Source: Candidatus Eiseniibacteriota bacterium (GTDB taxonomy: Bacteria; Eisenbacteria; RBG-16-71-46). From it: a stretch of 64,000 nucleotides of DNA. Both the position numbers and the translations under genes were made by a program. Shown in pieces: positions 19,888 through 29,531 of the stretch (position 1 is its first letter; each line of letters starts with the position of its first letter). The stretch is from positions 1-64,000 of the forward strand of contig JANLWX010000007.1 of NCBI GenBank assembly GCA_031364845.1, given 5' to 3'. The notes beneath the pieces are model-generated. The model had not been told where the DNA came from. It ran no database searches and saw nothing but the letters and a program-made list of their open reading frames with translations.

Positions 19888-22437
19888 CTACGCCCGCTTC
19901 ACCACCACCAGCGTGATGTCGTCGGCCTGTGCGGTTCCATGCGCGAACGTCTCGACGGCGCTCAGTACCCCATCGAGCATCACGCGCGCCGGGCGCCCGC
20001 GCTGGGCGGCGACGGTGGCGGCGAGCCGGTCCTCGCCGAACATGCCGGGCTCACCGGGCAGTGCGGCGTCGGCGGGCCCTTCGGCTTCGGTCACGCCGTC
20101 CGAGTACACGATCAGCGTGTCGCCCGAATCGAAACGCACGGTCGTGGTCGCATAGGTCGCATCGGCGAGCACGCCGAGCGGCACGCCGCCGTCGCGCAGC
20201 CATTCGATGGTACCGCCCGCGCGCAGCAGCAGCGGCGGGTTGTGGCCGGCCGACGCATAGCGCAGTTCGCCGCGCAGCGGATCGATCTCGCCGTAGAACA
20301 GCGTCACGAAACGGCCGGGTTCGATCTGATCGAAGATCAGCTGGTTCACGCGGCCGAGCGTCTGCGCCAGCTCGATGCGCATCAACGCCTGGGCCCTCAG
20401 GCCGGCGAGCACGTTCGACATCAGAAGTGCCGCGGGCACGCTCTTGCCCGAGACGTCGCCGAGCGTGAAGCCGAGCGAGCCGTCCTCGTGCGTGAACCAG
20501 TAGAACAGGTCGCCACCGACTTCGCGGCTCGGAATCGAAACTCCGGCCACATCGAGGCCCGCGAGCCCGGGCAGGCTCTGAGGCAGGAAACGTTGCTGGA
20601 TGCCGCGCGCGACGGCGAGGTCCTCCTCGATGCGCTCGGCGACGACGAGTTCCTCGCGCTGCATCTTGAGATTGGCCGCCATCTGATTGAACGATGTTGC
20701 CACCACCGCAAACTCGTCCTTGCCCTTCACGGGCAATCGGTAGTCGAGGTCACCGGCGCCGAAGCGTTCGGCTGCCGTGCGCAGTTCATTCACTTCATCC
20801 AGCACCGCTTGCGCGATGCTGCGCCCCGAGCGCACGGCGAAACTCTCGACCATCGAGATGATGAGCAGCACGCCGATCACGATGCCGAGCGTGTAGAGGT
20901 TGGACGCGAAGCCGCCGAATGACTGGATGGCGCGGGTGATGAAACCGCGCAGCGTCGTCTTGATCTCCAGCTCGATCGCTCCACGCTGGGTGAATAGGTG
21001 AACGCGTCCCCAGTCGCCGGCCGGCAGGTACGTTCGCGCGAGGAACCAGCGGCCCGAACTTCGGCTCGAGCCGCGGTCGGGGATCCGCACTTCGATCGGG
21101 CGCGCGACCCATGACGTGTCGTCGTCGATCTTTATGCCGTGCCCGCCCACGAACACGTTCGGAAGTGCCCGCATCGTGAGATCGCCGCCGACCGGGCGCA
21201 TGATCGCGGCGAGATACACGCTGTCGATGGGAATGAACACTTCGGCGGCGATTCCTGAACGATCGAAGCGCCGCGCGGCCAGATACATGGTGCCGCCTGC
21301 CGGCAGCAGGCCGGAGACGATCGTCGAATCCGATCCGCGGAACGCGGCGACGGTCGCGCTGTCGGTGCCGGTGAAGTCGCCCGACTCGATGCTCATCGGA
21401 GTTCCGGCGGTTGCGGCGATCAGCCCGACGCTGTCGCGAACCACGATATGGGCACGCGCGCCGTCGGCCCCGAGCCACGACGCGGCGGTCGAGAGGTGCT
21501 CGAGTGTGCGGGTGTCGCCTTCGCGCGCGCGCGGATCGGCGGCGAGCGCGGTGGCCACGGTTCCGGTGCGCGCGAGCGTGCGGTCGAATCCCGCCCGCAC
21601 CTCACGGACGCGCAGGTAGCCGAGTCCGAGGTACAGCAATCCGAAGATCACGAGCGCCGACATGAACGCCGGGATCGAGCGCACGAGGAAAAAGTTGACC
21701 GTGAAGCGCCGCTTGAGGCTGAGACCCGAGAGTCGCACCGGGAGGAACAGCGTGCGGAACGTGACGACCGCGAGCTGCACGCGGAACAGATCCATGAGTG
21801 CCTGCACCGCGCGATCCAGCGGGCGCACGAGTGCGAGCTCCGTGACGGCGGATGGCGCGAGCGTGCCGAGCAAAAGCGGCGGAGGCCATGTCTTCGAGAC
21901 GAGCGTGATGAACATGTCGGAGTGTGCGTTGGTCACGGTCATGAACGGGCGCAGCGACATGAGGGTGAGCACCAACGCCGCCCCCACGCACGCGAGTGCG
22001 CGGCGCCAGCCGGTGACTTCCTGGATCCACTGCATGCGCATGATCAGGAAGCCGAGTGCGACCATCGCGAGGAACGGCAGCGGCCCGCCGGTCCAGCCGA
22101 ACGCGACGACCGCCGCCACGGCGATCAGCTTTCGCCGCGCGGAGTCGAGATCGTCACGCACCAGTCCGTACCACGCGCCGAGTGCGACGAACATCAGTGC
22201 CGCGCGCGCGACTTGCGTGACCACGGCGAGGCCAGGGGGAATGGCGGCCGTGATCCCCCACCCGGTGCGCATGTGCACGAACACGAAGCCGTAGAGCACG
22301 GCGAGTTGCGCCGCCAGCAGCAAAGCGATCCAGCCCATGCGCCGCCCGTAGGGGGCTTCGGCAGACTTCGCGCGTCGCAGTGCGACGATCGCGGCGGCGA
22401 TTACGAGGAACGTGAGCGGCAGTGTGAGCGCGGGCAT
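19888..22437 (-). CDS. Membrane-bound HAMP plus SpoIIE/PP2C-type serine phosphatase (RsbU-like)
   Basis: Multiple TM segments, HAMP (GDLDYRLPV..KDEF...FNQMA), EVGGDL, GDVSGK, SAGHNPP, YSDGVTEA, DDIT. Confidence 0.85.
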   Translation of the reverse strand: MPALTLPLTFLVIAAAIVALRRAKSAEAPYGRRMGWIALLLAAQLAVLYGFVFVHMRTGWGITAAIPPGLAVVTQVARAALMFVALGAWYGLVRDDLDSARRKLIAVAAVVAFGWTGGPLPFLAMVALGFLIMRMQWIQEVTGWRRALACVGAALVLTLMSLRPFMTVTNAHSDMFITLVSKTWPPPLLLGTLAPSAVTELALVRPLDRAVQALMDLFRVQLAVVTFRTLFLPVRLSGLSLKRRFTVNFFLVRSIPAFMSALVIFGLLYLGLGYLRVREVRAGFDRTLARTGTVATALAADPRAREGDTRTLEHLSTAASWLGADGARAHIVVRDSVGLIAATAGTPMSIESGDFTGTDSATVAAFRGSDSTIVSGLLPAGGTMYLAARRFDRSGIAAEVFIPIDSVYLAAIMRPVGGDLTMRALPNVFVGGHGIKIDDDTSWVARPIEVRIPDRGSSRSSGRWFLARTYLPAGDWGRVHLFTQRGAIELEIKTTLRGFITRAIQSFGGFASNLYTLGIVIGVLLIISMVESFAVRSGRSIAQAVLDEVNELRTAAERFGAGDLDYRLPVKGKDEFAVVATSFNQMAANLKMQREELVVAERIEEDLAVARGIQQRFLPQSLPGLAGLDVAGVSIPSREVGGDLFYWFTHEDGSLGFTLGDVSGKSVPAALLMSNVLAGLRAQALMRIELAQTLGRVNQLIFDQIEPGRFVTLFYGEIDPLRGELRYASAGHNPPLLLRAGGTIEWLRDGGVPLGVLADATYATTTVRFDSGDTLIVYSDGVTEAEGPADAALPGEPGMFGEDRLAATVAAQRGRPARVMLDGVLSAVETFAHGTAQADDITLVVVKRA

Positions 22438-22666
22438 CGGGGCTCCGGAGTGCGTGGCGGCGAAACGCGATCGCATCATTTCAGAGCGCGAAGGCCGCGG
22501 GCAAGGCCGAGCCCGCGCCGTGCTTTCGAACGACGGCGTGGTCACGCGCATCGAAGTCCGTTGTGCCGGGAGCGCGCGCCCCGCTAATATCGCGGCCACC
22601 GACGCGGTCCGTGAGCCGCGGCTGACCGCCCGTGAGCACGCGAAGGATTCCACCGAGGCCCATCCC

Positions 22667-24028
22667 ATGGCGGATCTCTCCATCGATTTCGCGGGCATCA
22701 AGAGCCCGAATCCCTTCTGGCTGGCGAGCGCTCCACCGACCAACACGGGCGATCAGGTGATGCGGGCCTTCGATGCCGGCTGGGGTGGTGCGGTGTGGAA
22801 GACGCTCGGCGATCCGATCGTGGATACTTCGAGCCGTTTCGGGTCGCTCGATGTGGGCGGCCAGCGCATGGTGGGCTTCAACAACATCGAGTTGATCACC
22901 GACCGCCCGCTCGAAGTGAACCTGCGTGAGATCGCCGCGGTGAAGAAGAAGTATCCGAAGCACGCGGTGATCGTGTCGCTGATGGTCGAGTCGAAGCAGG
23001 ACTGGCACGACATCGTGAAGGCGTCGGTCGACACCGGCTGCGACGGGCTCGAGTTGAATTTCGGCTGCCCGCACGGGATGTGCGAGCGCGGCATGGGTTC
23101 GGCGGTCGGCCAGGAGCCCGAAGTCCTGAAGGTGGTCGCGGGCTGGGCGGTCGAATACTCGTCGGTCCCGGTGCTCATCAAGCTCACACCCAACATCGGC
23201 GACATTCTCGAAGCCGGCGTGCCCGCAGTCGAAGCCGGCGTGCACGGGCTCTCGCTCATCAACACGATCAAGAGCATCTGCGGCGTCGATCTCGACAAGA
23301 TGGTTCCGTACCCGGTGGTCGGCGGCCGCTCCACCAACGGCGGCTACTGCGGACCGGCCGTGAAGCCGATCGCGCTCCACATGCTCGCCGCTCTCGCGCG
23401 GGACCCGCGCATCAAGGTGCCGATCTCGGGGATCGGCGGCATCGCGACGTGGCGCGACGCGGCGGAGTTCATCGCGCTCGGTGCCACCAGCGTGCAGGTG
23501 TGCACCGCGGCGATGCACTACGGATTCCGCATCGTCGAGGACATGATCGACGGGCTTTCGAACTTCCTCGACGAGAAGGGCATGACTTCGGTGCGCCAGC
23601 TCCACCGCCTTGCGGTGCCGGCGTACAGCGAGTGGGGCGAGCTGGACCTCAACTACAAGGTGATCGCCAAGGTCGATCCGGCGAAGTGCATCGGCTGCAA
23701 CCTGTGCTACGTCGCGTGCCGCGACACCGCGGTCCACTGCATTCACAACGTCGACGAGCCGCTGATCCCCGGGCATCAGGCCTCGACGCGCGACGGTGCG
23801 ATCGCCGTGGCGCAGGCGACCGACGCACACATCGTGTGGGTCGACGAGACCGAGTGCATCGGCTGCAACCTGTGCGCGTCGGTGTGTCCGGTGCCGTCGT
23901 GCATCACGATGACCGACGTCACGAACGGCGCGCCGTTCGAATCGTGGAACGATCGCATCGCGAAGGGCACGGCCAAGGTTCCGGGCGGGCTCGACGACTA
24001 TCGCGCGCTGAAGGCCAAGGCGACGTGA
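22667..24028 (+). CDS. preA: NAD-dependent dihydropyrimidine dehydrogenase subunit PreA
   Basis: GIKSPNPFWLASAPP, NIELITDR, ELNFGCPHGMCERGMG, KLTPNI, two C-terminal 4Fe-4S motifs. Confidence 0.95.
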   Translation: MADLSIDFAGIKSPNPFWLASAPPTNTGDQVMRAFDAGWGGAVWKTLGDPIVDTSSRFGSLDVGGQRMVGFNNIELITDRPLEVNLREIAAVKKKYPKHAVIVSLMVESKQDWHDIVKASVDTGCDGLELNFGCPHGMCERGMGSAVGQEPEVLKVVAGWAVEYSSVPVLIKLTPNIGDILEAGVPAVEAGVHGLSLINTIKSICGVDLDKMVPYPVVGGRSTNGGYCGPAVKPIALHMLAALARDPRIKVPISGIGGIATWRDAAEFIALGATSVQVCTAAMHYGFRIVEDMIDGLSNFLDEKGMTSVRQLHRLAVPAYSEWGELDLNYKVIAKVDPAKCIGCNLCYVACRDTAVHCIHNVDEPLIPGHQASTRDGAIAVAQATDAHIVWVDETECIGCNLCASVCPVPSCITMTDVTNGAPFESWNDRIAKGTAKVPGGLDDYRALKAKAT

Positions 24029-24044
24029 TCGCGAACGCCTCCCT

Positions 24045-25295
24045 GTGAAGTCCGGCCTCGCCGCGATTCACATTCGGCCGGGGCATCCGGACTTCCTCGA
24101 TCTGCCGTGGGGGGTTCCGCTCGCCGAGTGGACCGCGCACTGCGGCCGCCTGGTCGAAGTGCAGCGCGGACTTTCGCGGCACGAGGTCGTGTTCGCCGGA
24201 TACGATGCCGGCGTCTACGCGCTCAAGGAATTGCCCGAGCCGCACGCCGAGCGCGAGTACGACGCGCTGCGCGAGTTGGAAGAGCGCAAGTTGCCCGCTG
24301 TCCTGGCCGTCGGGCACGCGCGCGTGCTCGATGCGCAGGGCGAGCCGACCAGCGTGCTCGTCACGCGCTACCTCGAATTCTCTCTGCCTTACCGCACGCT
24401 GTTCATGCAGCCGGGGCTCGCGCGCTATCGCGAGCGGCTGCTGGACGCGATGGCGAGCCTGCTGGTGCGGCTCCACGTCGCGGGGGTCTACTGGGGCGAC
24501 TGCTCGCTCTCGAACACGCTGTTCCGCCGCGACGCGGGCGAGCTGCAGGCGTACCTGGTCGATGCCGAGACCGCCGAGATCCACGACGAGCTGTCGAAGG
24601 GCCAGCGCGCGCACGACGTCGAAATCATGGAGGAGAACGTCTCGGGCGACATCGCTGATCTCTCGGCGTGGGTCGAGCTGCCTTCGGGTGATCCGTTCGG
24701 CGACATCGCGACCAGTATCCGCGAGCGTTACGACCGGCTGTGGTCGGAGGTCACGCGCGAGGAGATCCTCGCACCGAGCGAGAGCTATCGGATTCACGAG
24801 CGCATCCGCGCGCTCAACGATCTTGGCTTCTCGGTCGGCGAGATCGAGCTGGTCGCGACCGGGCTCGGCGATCAGCTCCGCATGCGCGCGATGGTCACCG
24901 ATCGCGACCACCACCGTCACCAGCTCCACAGCCTGACCGGACTCGTCGCCGAGGAACGCCAGGCGACGCAGATCCTGAACGAAGTGCGCGAGCTGCGCGC
25001 CACGTTGTCGCGCGAATTGAAGCGCAGCGTTCCCCTGAGCGTCGCCGCGATGCGCTGGCGCGAGCAGCGCTTCGATCCGGTCGTGAAGCGGCTCGGATCG
25101 CTGCCCGGCGTTTCGGCGGACGTGGTCGAACTCTACTGTCAGCTGCTCGAGCACAAATGGTACCTGTCGGAACGGGCGCGCAAGGATGTCGGGCTCGTTC
25201 ACGCCCTCGATGACTTCGAGAGCCAGCTGCGCTCCGGCACACCACGCGCCGAACGCCGTCTCGATCCGGCTCCCGGCCCCGCGCGCACTTCGTGA
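24045..25295 (+). CDS. DUF4032-domain protein with kinase-like (Kdo/WaaP-type) fold
   Basis: DLPW..PL.EW, RGLSRH.V, YWGDCSLSNTLFRRDAG, YLVDAET, LEHKWYLSE. Confidence 0.8.
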   Translation: MKSGLAAIHIRPGHPDFLDLPWGVPLAEWTAHCGRLVEVQRGLSRHEVVFAGYDAGVYALKELPEPHAEREYDALRELEERKLPAVLAVGHARVLDAQGEPTSVLVTRYLEFSLPYRTLFMQPGLARYRERLLDAMASLLVRLHVAGVYWGDCSLSNTLFRRDAGELQAYLVDAETAEIHDELSKGQRAHDVEIMEENVSGDIADLSAWVELPSGDPFGDIATSIRERYDRLWSEVTREEILAPSESYRIHERIRALNDLGFSVGEIELVATGLGDQLRMRAMVTDRDHHRHQLHSLTGLVAEERQATQILNEVRELRATLSRELKRSVPLSVAAMRWREQRFDPVVKRLGSLPGVSADVVELYCQLLEHKWYLSERARKDVGLVHALDDFESQLRSGTPRAERRLDPAPGPARTS

Positions 25296-26374
25296 TCGCG
25301 CTCGCCTACCACGGCCCCGGCGATTTCCGCTGCGACACCGTGACGGATCCGACGATCGTCGATGACGGCGATGCGATCGTCGCTGTCGATCTCGCGGCGA
25401 TCTGCGGATCGGATCTGCACGTGTGGCGCGGTGCCGAGACCGGGCTCGATCAGGGCACGGTGGTCGGTCACGAGATGACCGGACGTGTGGTGGCGATCGG
25501 TCCCGGGGTGCGCGGCCTGGCGATCGGCGATCGAGTCATGTGCCCGTTCTCGACGAGTTGCGGCGAATGTTTCTACTGCGCCCGCGGCCTGAGCGCGCGA
25601 TGCGAGCGCGGACAGCTGTTCGGCTGGGTCGAGCGCGGCCGCGGTCTGCACGGCGCGCAGGCGGAATTCGTGCGCGTGCCGCTCGCCGACACCACGTTGC
25701 TGAAGGTGCCCGACGATCTCGGCCCGATGCAGGCGCTGGTGCTGGGCGACGTGCTCGCGACCGGCTGGCATTGCGCGCGCATGGCGGACGTAAAGTCGGG
25801 TGAGGTGTGCGCGGTGATCGGGCTGGGGCCGGTCGGACTCATGGCGGTGCTCGCGGCGCGCGAGCAGGGCGCCGAACGGGTGCTCGCGATCGACTCGGTG
25901 CCCGAACGCCTGGCTCTCGCGGCGACGCTGGGCGCGGAACCGGTCGATGCGCGTGTGACGCCGCCGCTCGAAGCCGTGCGCGCGGCGACCGCCGGACGCG
26001 GCGCTGACTCCGTGCTCGAGGCAGTAGGCAGTGTCGCGGCGGGATCACTCGCGTTCGAACTCGTGCGCGCGGGCGGCACGATCGCCGTCGTCGGCGTGCA
26101 TCACGAGGCGTCCATTCCCTTCTCGCCGGGCGCGGCGTACGATCGCAATCTCACGTTTCGCATCGGCCGGTGTCCGGCCCGCAGCGTGATGGACGAATTG
26201 ATTCCGATCGCGCGCCGCCACCGCGTCGCGATCGAGGCGCTGTTCACGCACCGCGTGGGGCTGGAGAACGGCCCCGCGGCGTACGCGATGTTCGACGCGC
26301 GCTGCGAAGGTTGCATCAAGGTGGCACTGGTACCGGGCACTACGGCGACACCACACGATCGGAAGACACTTTGA
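25292..26374 (+). CDS. Zinc-dependent alcohol dehydrogenase (MDR, formaldehyde-dehydrogenase-like)
   Basis: ICGSDLH, GHE, CGECFYC...C, GAQAEFVRVP.AD, GLGPVG. Confidence 0.9.
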   Translation: MIALAYHGPGDFRCDTVTDPTIVDDGDAIVAVDLAAICGSDLHVWRGAETGLDQGTVVGHEMTGRVVAIGPGVRGLAIGDRVMCPFSTSCGECFYCARGLSARCERGQLFGWVERGRGLHGAQAEFVRVPLADTTLLKVPDDLGPMQALVLGDVLATGWHCARMADVKSGEVCAVIGLGPVGLMAVLAAREQGAERVLAIDSVPERLALAATLGAEPVDARVTPPLEAVRAATAGRGADSVLEAVGSVAAGSLAFELVRAGGTIAVVGVHHEASIPFSPGAAYDRNLTFRIGRCPARSVMDELIPIARRHRVAIEALFTHRVGLENGPAAYAMFDARCEGCIKVALVPGTTATPHDRKTL

Positions 26375-27876
26375 AGTCACGAAAGGGAATTGCCGCAGCA
26401 ATCGCGCTCGGGCTCGGGCTCGGGGCATCGCTCGTCACGGCCGCGCGGCCGGCGGCGGCTGCTCCGGCGCCCGTTGCCATCACGCACGTCACCGTGATCG
26501 ACATGACCGGCGCCGCTGCTCGAGCAGATCAAACCGTATTGATCGATCGCGGCGTGATCGCGCGCGCCGATGTCGCGGCGCGTGTCGCGATTCCCAAAGG
26601 CGCCCGCGTGATCGACGGCCGCGGGAAGTACCTGATCCCGGGCCTGTGGGACATGCACATTCACCTCGCGAACCGTCCGGACTCACTGCTGGCGGAGCGC
26701 TTCCTGGTGCCGCTGCTGCTCGCGCACGGAGTGACCGGCGTGCGCGACATGGGCGGCGATCCCGCGCGCATCCGCGCCATTCGCGCCGCGGTCGCGCGCA
26801 ATCCGTTCCACGCGCCGCACATCGTGGCGCCCGGTCCGTTCGTCGACGGACCGCAGGATGCGAGTCCGATCTGGCGCAGCGTGACGACTGCCGCCGAGGC
26901 GCGCGCGGCGGTGCGCTCGTTGAAGCGCGAGGGCGCGGACTTCGTGAAGATCCAGTCGGGTCTTTCGCGCGAATGCATGCTCGCGGTGGCGGACGAGTCG
27001 AAGCGTCAGGGCCTGCGCTTCGCGGGCCACGTGCCCGAAGCGCTCACCGCGTTCGAAGTGATCGCCGCCGGTCCCGCGAGCCTCGAACACGTGTCGCCGT
27101 CGCTGCCCGGTGATGCAGGCCTGATGCGCGCGTGCTCTGCGAACGAGCCGGCGCTGCGCGATTCGCTGCGCGCGTTGAACGAGGCCTCGCAACAGCCGAA
27201 GCCCGACATCGCGGCACTGCGCGCGCGGCAACGCGATCTGCAATCACGCCATCTCGATCCATGGGACGACGCGGCAATGAAGCGGCTGTTCCACGACCTG
27301 AATGCGCACGGCACGCACGTCGTGCCCACGCTCGTGTGGTCGCAGTCGCTGCGTGCGCTCGATTCGACCGATACCGGCCAGGTCGCTCCGCTCGAGTACG
27401 TGCCGCGCGCGATGCGCGAACGCTGGAGGAGCGGGCGCCGCCGCTATGTCGAAGGCGTGACGCACGAAGCGCTCACGCTCAATCGCCGCATGGCGGAGCG
27501 TTCGATCGATCTGGTCGGCGCGATGCATCGCGCCGGCGTCGCGGTGATGGCGGGCACCGATGCGTTCGACGCGTTCGTGCTCGCGGGCCCTTCGCTCCAT
27601 CAGGAGCTGGAACTGCTGGTGCGCGCCGGATTCACGCCGCTCGCGGCACTCCAGGCGGCAACCGTGGTTCCGGCGAGATTCCTCGGCCGCGCGCGCACGC
27701 AGGGGACGATCGAACGCGGCAAGCAGGCGGACCTCGTCCTGCTCTCTGCGAATCCGCTCGACGACATCCGCAACACGCGGCACATCGATGCCGTCGTCGC
27801 GGGCGGTAGTGTGCTCGATCGATCCGCGCTCGGTGCGCTGCTCGCGAGCCTCGCGGCGGAGGGAATGGCGCCATGA
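26371..27876 (+). CDS. Secreted metal-dependent amidohydrolase
   Basis: Signal peptide; IPGLWDMHIH, GVTGVRDMG, AGTD, GTIERGKQADLVLLSANPL. TTG start overlaps the upstream stop. Confidence 0.85.
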   Translation: MKSRKGIAAAIALGLGLGASLVTAARPAAAAPAPVAITHVTVIDMTGAAARADQTVLIDRGVIARADVAARVAIPKGARVIDGRGKYLIPGLWDMHIHLANRPDSLLAERFLVPLLLAHGVTGVRDMGGDPARIRAIRAAVARNPFHAPHIVAPGPFVDGPQDASPIWRSVTTAAEARAAVRSLKREGADFVKIQSGLSRECMLAVADESKRQGLRFAGHVPEALTAFEVIAAGPASLEHVSPSLPGDAGLMRACSANEPALRDSLRALNEASQQPKPDIAALRARQRDLQSRHLDPWDDAAMKRLFHDLNAHGTHVVPTLVWSQSLRALDSTDTGQVAPLEYVPRAMRERWRSGRRRYVEGVTHEALTLNRRMAERSIDLVGAMHRAGVAVMAGTDAFDAFVLAGPSLHQELELLVRAGFTPLAALQAATVVPARFLGRARTQGTIERGKQADLVLLSANPLDDIRNTRHIDAVVAGGSVLDRSALGALLASLAAEGMAP

Positions 27877-29498
27877 GCGAACTCGAACTCTTAGCGACCG
27901 TGAACGGCGAATCGCGCCGCTGGCCGCTCGACGGCGAGCGCCTCGGGATCGGCCGGTCGTCGCGCAACGCGATTCACATCGCCGATGCCACCGTGTCGAA
28001 GGATCATGCGGAGCTGACTCAGCGCGCCGGGCGCTGGCACGTGCTCGATCTCGGCAGCCGCAACGGCACGCGCGTGAACGGCATCGATGTGACCGAGACC
28101 GCGCCGCTCGGTCCCGGCGACTCGCTCGAAGTGGGGCAGGTGCTGTTGCGCATCGCCCGCATTGGCGCTCCGGCGCTCACGCAGTTCAGCGCCTCGGCGG
28201 GACTCGGCTCTTCGGTCAAGATCCGCGCGCGGCAACTGCTCGACAGTCCTTCGACATCGCGCGTCGATCCCGAACGCCTGATCCGCGTGCTCGCCGAAGC
28301 CGGCCGCCAGCTCGTGCTGCCGCGCCCGCTGCGCGAAACCTGCGAAGAACTGCTGGGCTTCGTCGAACAGGTGATGCCCGCGAGCCGGCTCGTATTGCTG
28401 CTGCGCGAGGCGCCGGGGTCCGATCCGGTGCAGATTGCGGCGCGCTACAAAGGTGTCACCGCGCGCGAGCCGCTCGCGCTGTCGCGCACGATCATGGATG
28501 CGGTGCTCAACGACTGCACCTCGGTGATCACGCGCGATGCCGCGGCCGATCCGCGATTTCAGGCGCAGATGAGCATCGTCTCGCAGGGCGTGCACTCGGC
28601 GATGGCAGTACCGCTGTTCGACAACGAACGCGTGCTCGGTCTGCTCTATGCCGACACCAACGTGCTGACCGTGCACTACGACGAAGCGCATCTCGAAGTG
28701 TTCACGCTGCTCGGCAACATGGCGGCGGTCAAGATCACCAACGCACGGCTGCTGGAAGCCGCTCAGGTGCGCGCGCGGCTCGAACAGGAGGTGGCCACCG
28801 CCACCCGCATCCAGCGCACGCTGCTGTTCCCGCCGCCGGTCGTTTTGGGCTGGGGGGTGCATGCGCGGCTCCAGACCTGTTTCGAAGTCGGCGGCGACCT
28901 CTACGATTTTCACATGCGCGAGGACGGCCGGCTGGTGTTCGTGGTGGGCGACGTCTCGGGCAAGGGCATGGGGGCTGCGTTGCTGATGTCCTCGGTGCTG
29001 TCTTCGGCGCGCGTCCTCTACGACACGTGCGACGATCCCGCCCAGCTCGCCATGCGGTTGAACTCGGTGATGCACCGCAGCACCGATCCCGGGCACTTCG
29101 TCACCATGTTCGTGGGCTATCTCGACCTCGTGAAGGGCCAGGTGTGTTACGTCAACGCCGGGCACAACTCACCGATGATCATCGGTGAGTCCGGCACCCG
29201 CGAGCTGGGCGCGACCGGGACGCCGATCGCCATCCTGCCCGACTTCCCCTACACGACCGGCGAAACGGTGCTCACCCGCGGCGAGCTGCTGGCCGTGTTC
29301 ACCGACGGCATTCCCGAGGCGCAGAACGGTGAGGCGTTCTATGAGGACGCGCGGCTCGAACGCCGGCTGCGCGCGCTCAACGGCGCGGGTGAGATCGCCG
29401 ATATCGGCCGCGGCGTGCTCGAGGATGTCGATGCGTTCGTCGATGGCGGGGAGCGGACGGACGACATCACACTCGTCCTTCTGAGGCGCGAGGGATAG
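27873..29498 (+). CDS. FHA-GAF-SpoIIE/PP2C protein phosphatase
   Basis: IGRS...VSKDHA...DLGSRNGT (FHA); SAMAVPL...LGLLYAD (GAF); GGDLYD, GDVSGKG, NAGHN, FTDG, DDIT. Confidence 0.9.
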   Translation: MSELELLATVNGESRRWPLDGERLGIGRSSRNAIHIADATVSKDHAELTQRAGRWHVLDLGSRNGTRVNGIDVTETAPLGPGDSLEVGQVLLRIARIGAPALTQFSASAGLGSSVKIRARQLLDSPSTSRVDPERLIRVLAEAGRQLVLPRPLRETCEELLGFVEQVMPASRLVLLLREAPGSDPVQIAARYKGVTAREPLALSRTIMDAVLNDCTSVITRDAAADPRFQAQMSIVSQGVHSAMAVPLFDNERVLGLLYADTNVLTVHYDEAHLEVFTLLGNMAAVKITNARLLEAAQVRARLEQEVATATRIQRTLLFPPPVVLGWGVHARLQTCFEVGGDLYDFHMREDGRLVFVVGDVSGKGMGAALLMSSVLSSARVLYDTCDDPAQLAMRLNSVMHRSTDPGHFVTMFVGYLDLVKGQVCYVNAGHNSPMIIGESGTRELGATGTPIAILPDFPYTTGETVLTRGELLAVFTDGIPEAQNGEAFYEDARLERRLRALNGAGEIADIGRGVLEDVDAFVDGGERTDDITLVLLRREG

Positions 29499-29531
29499 GC
29501 TCAGGGTTCTGATCACTTTCCACGAACGGTC

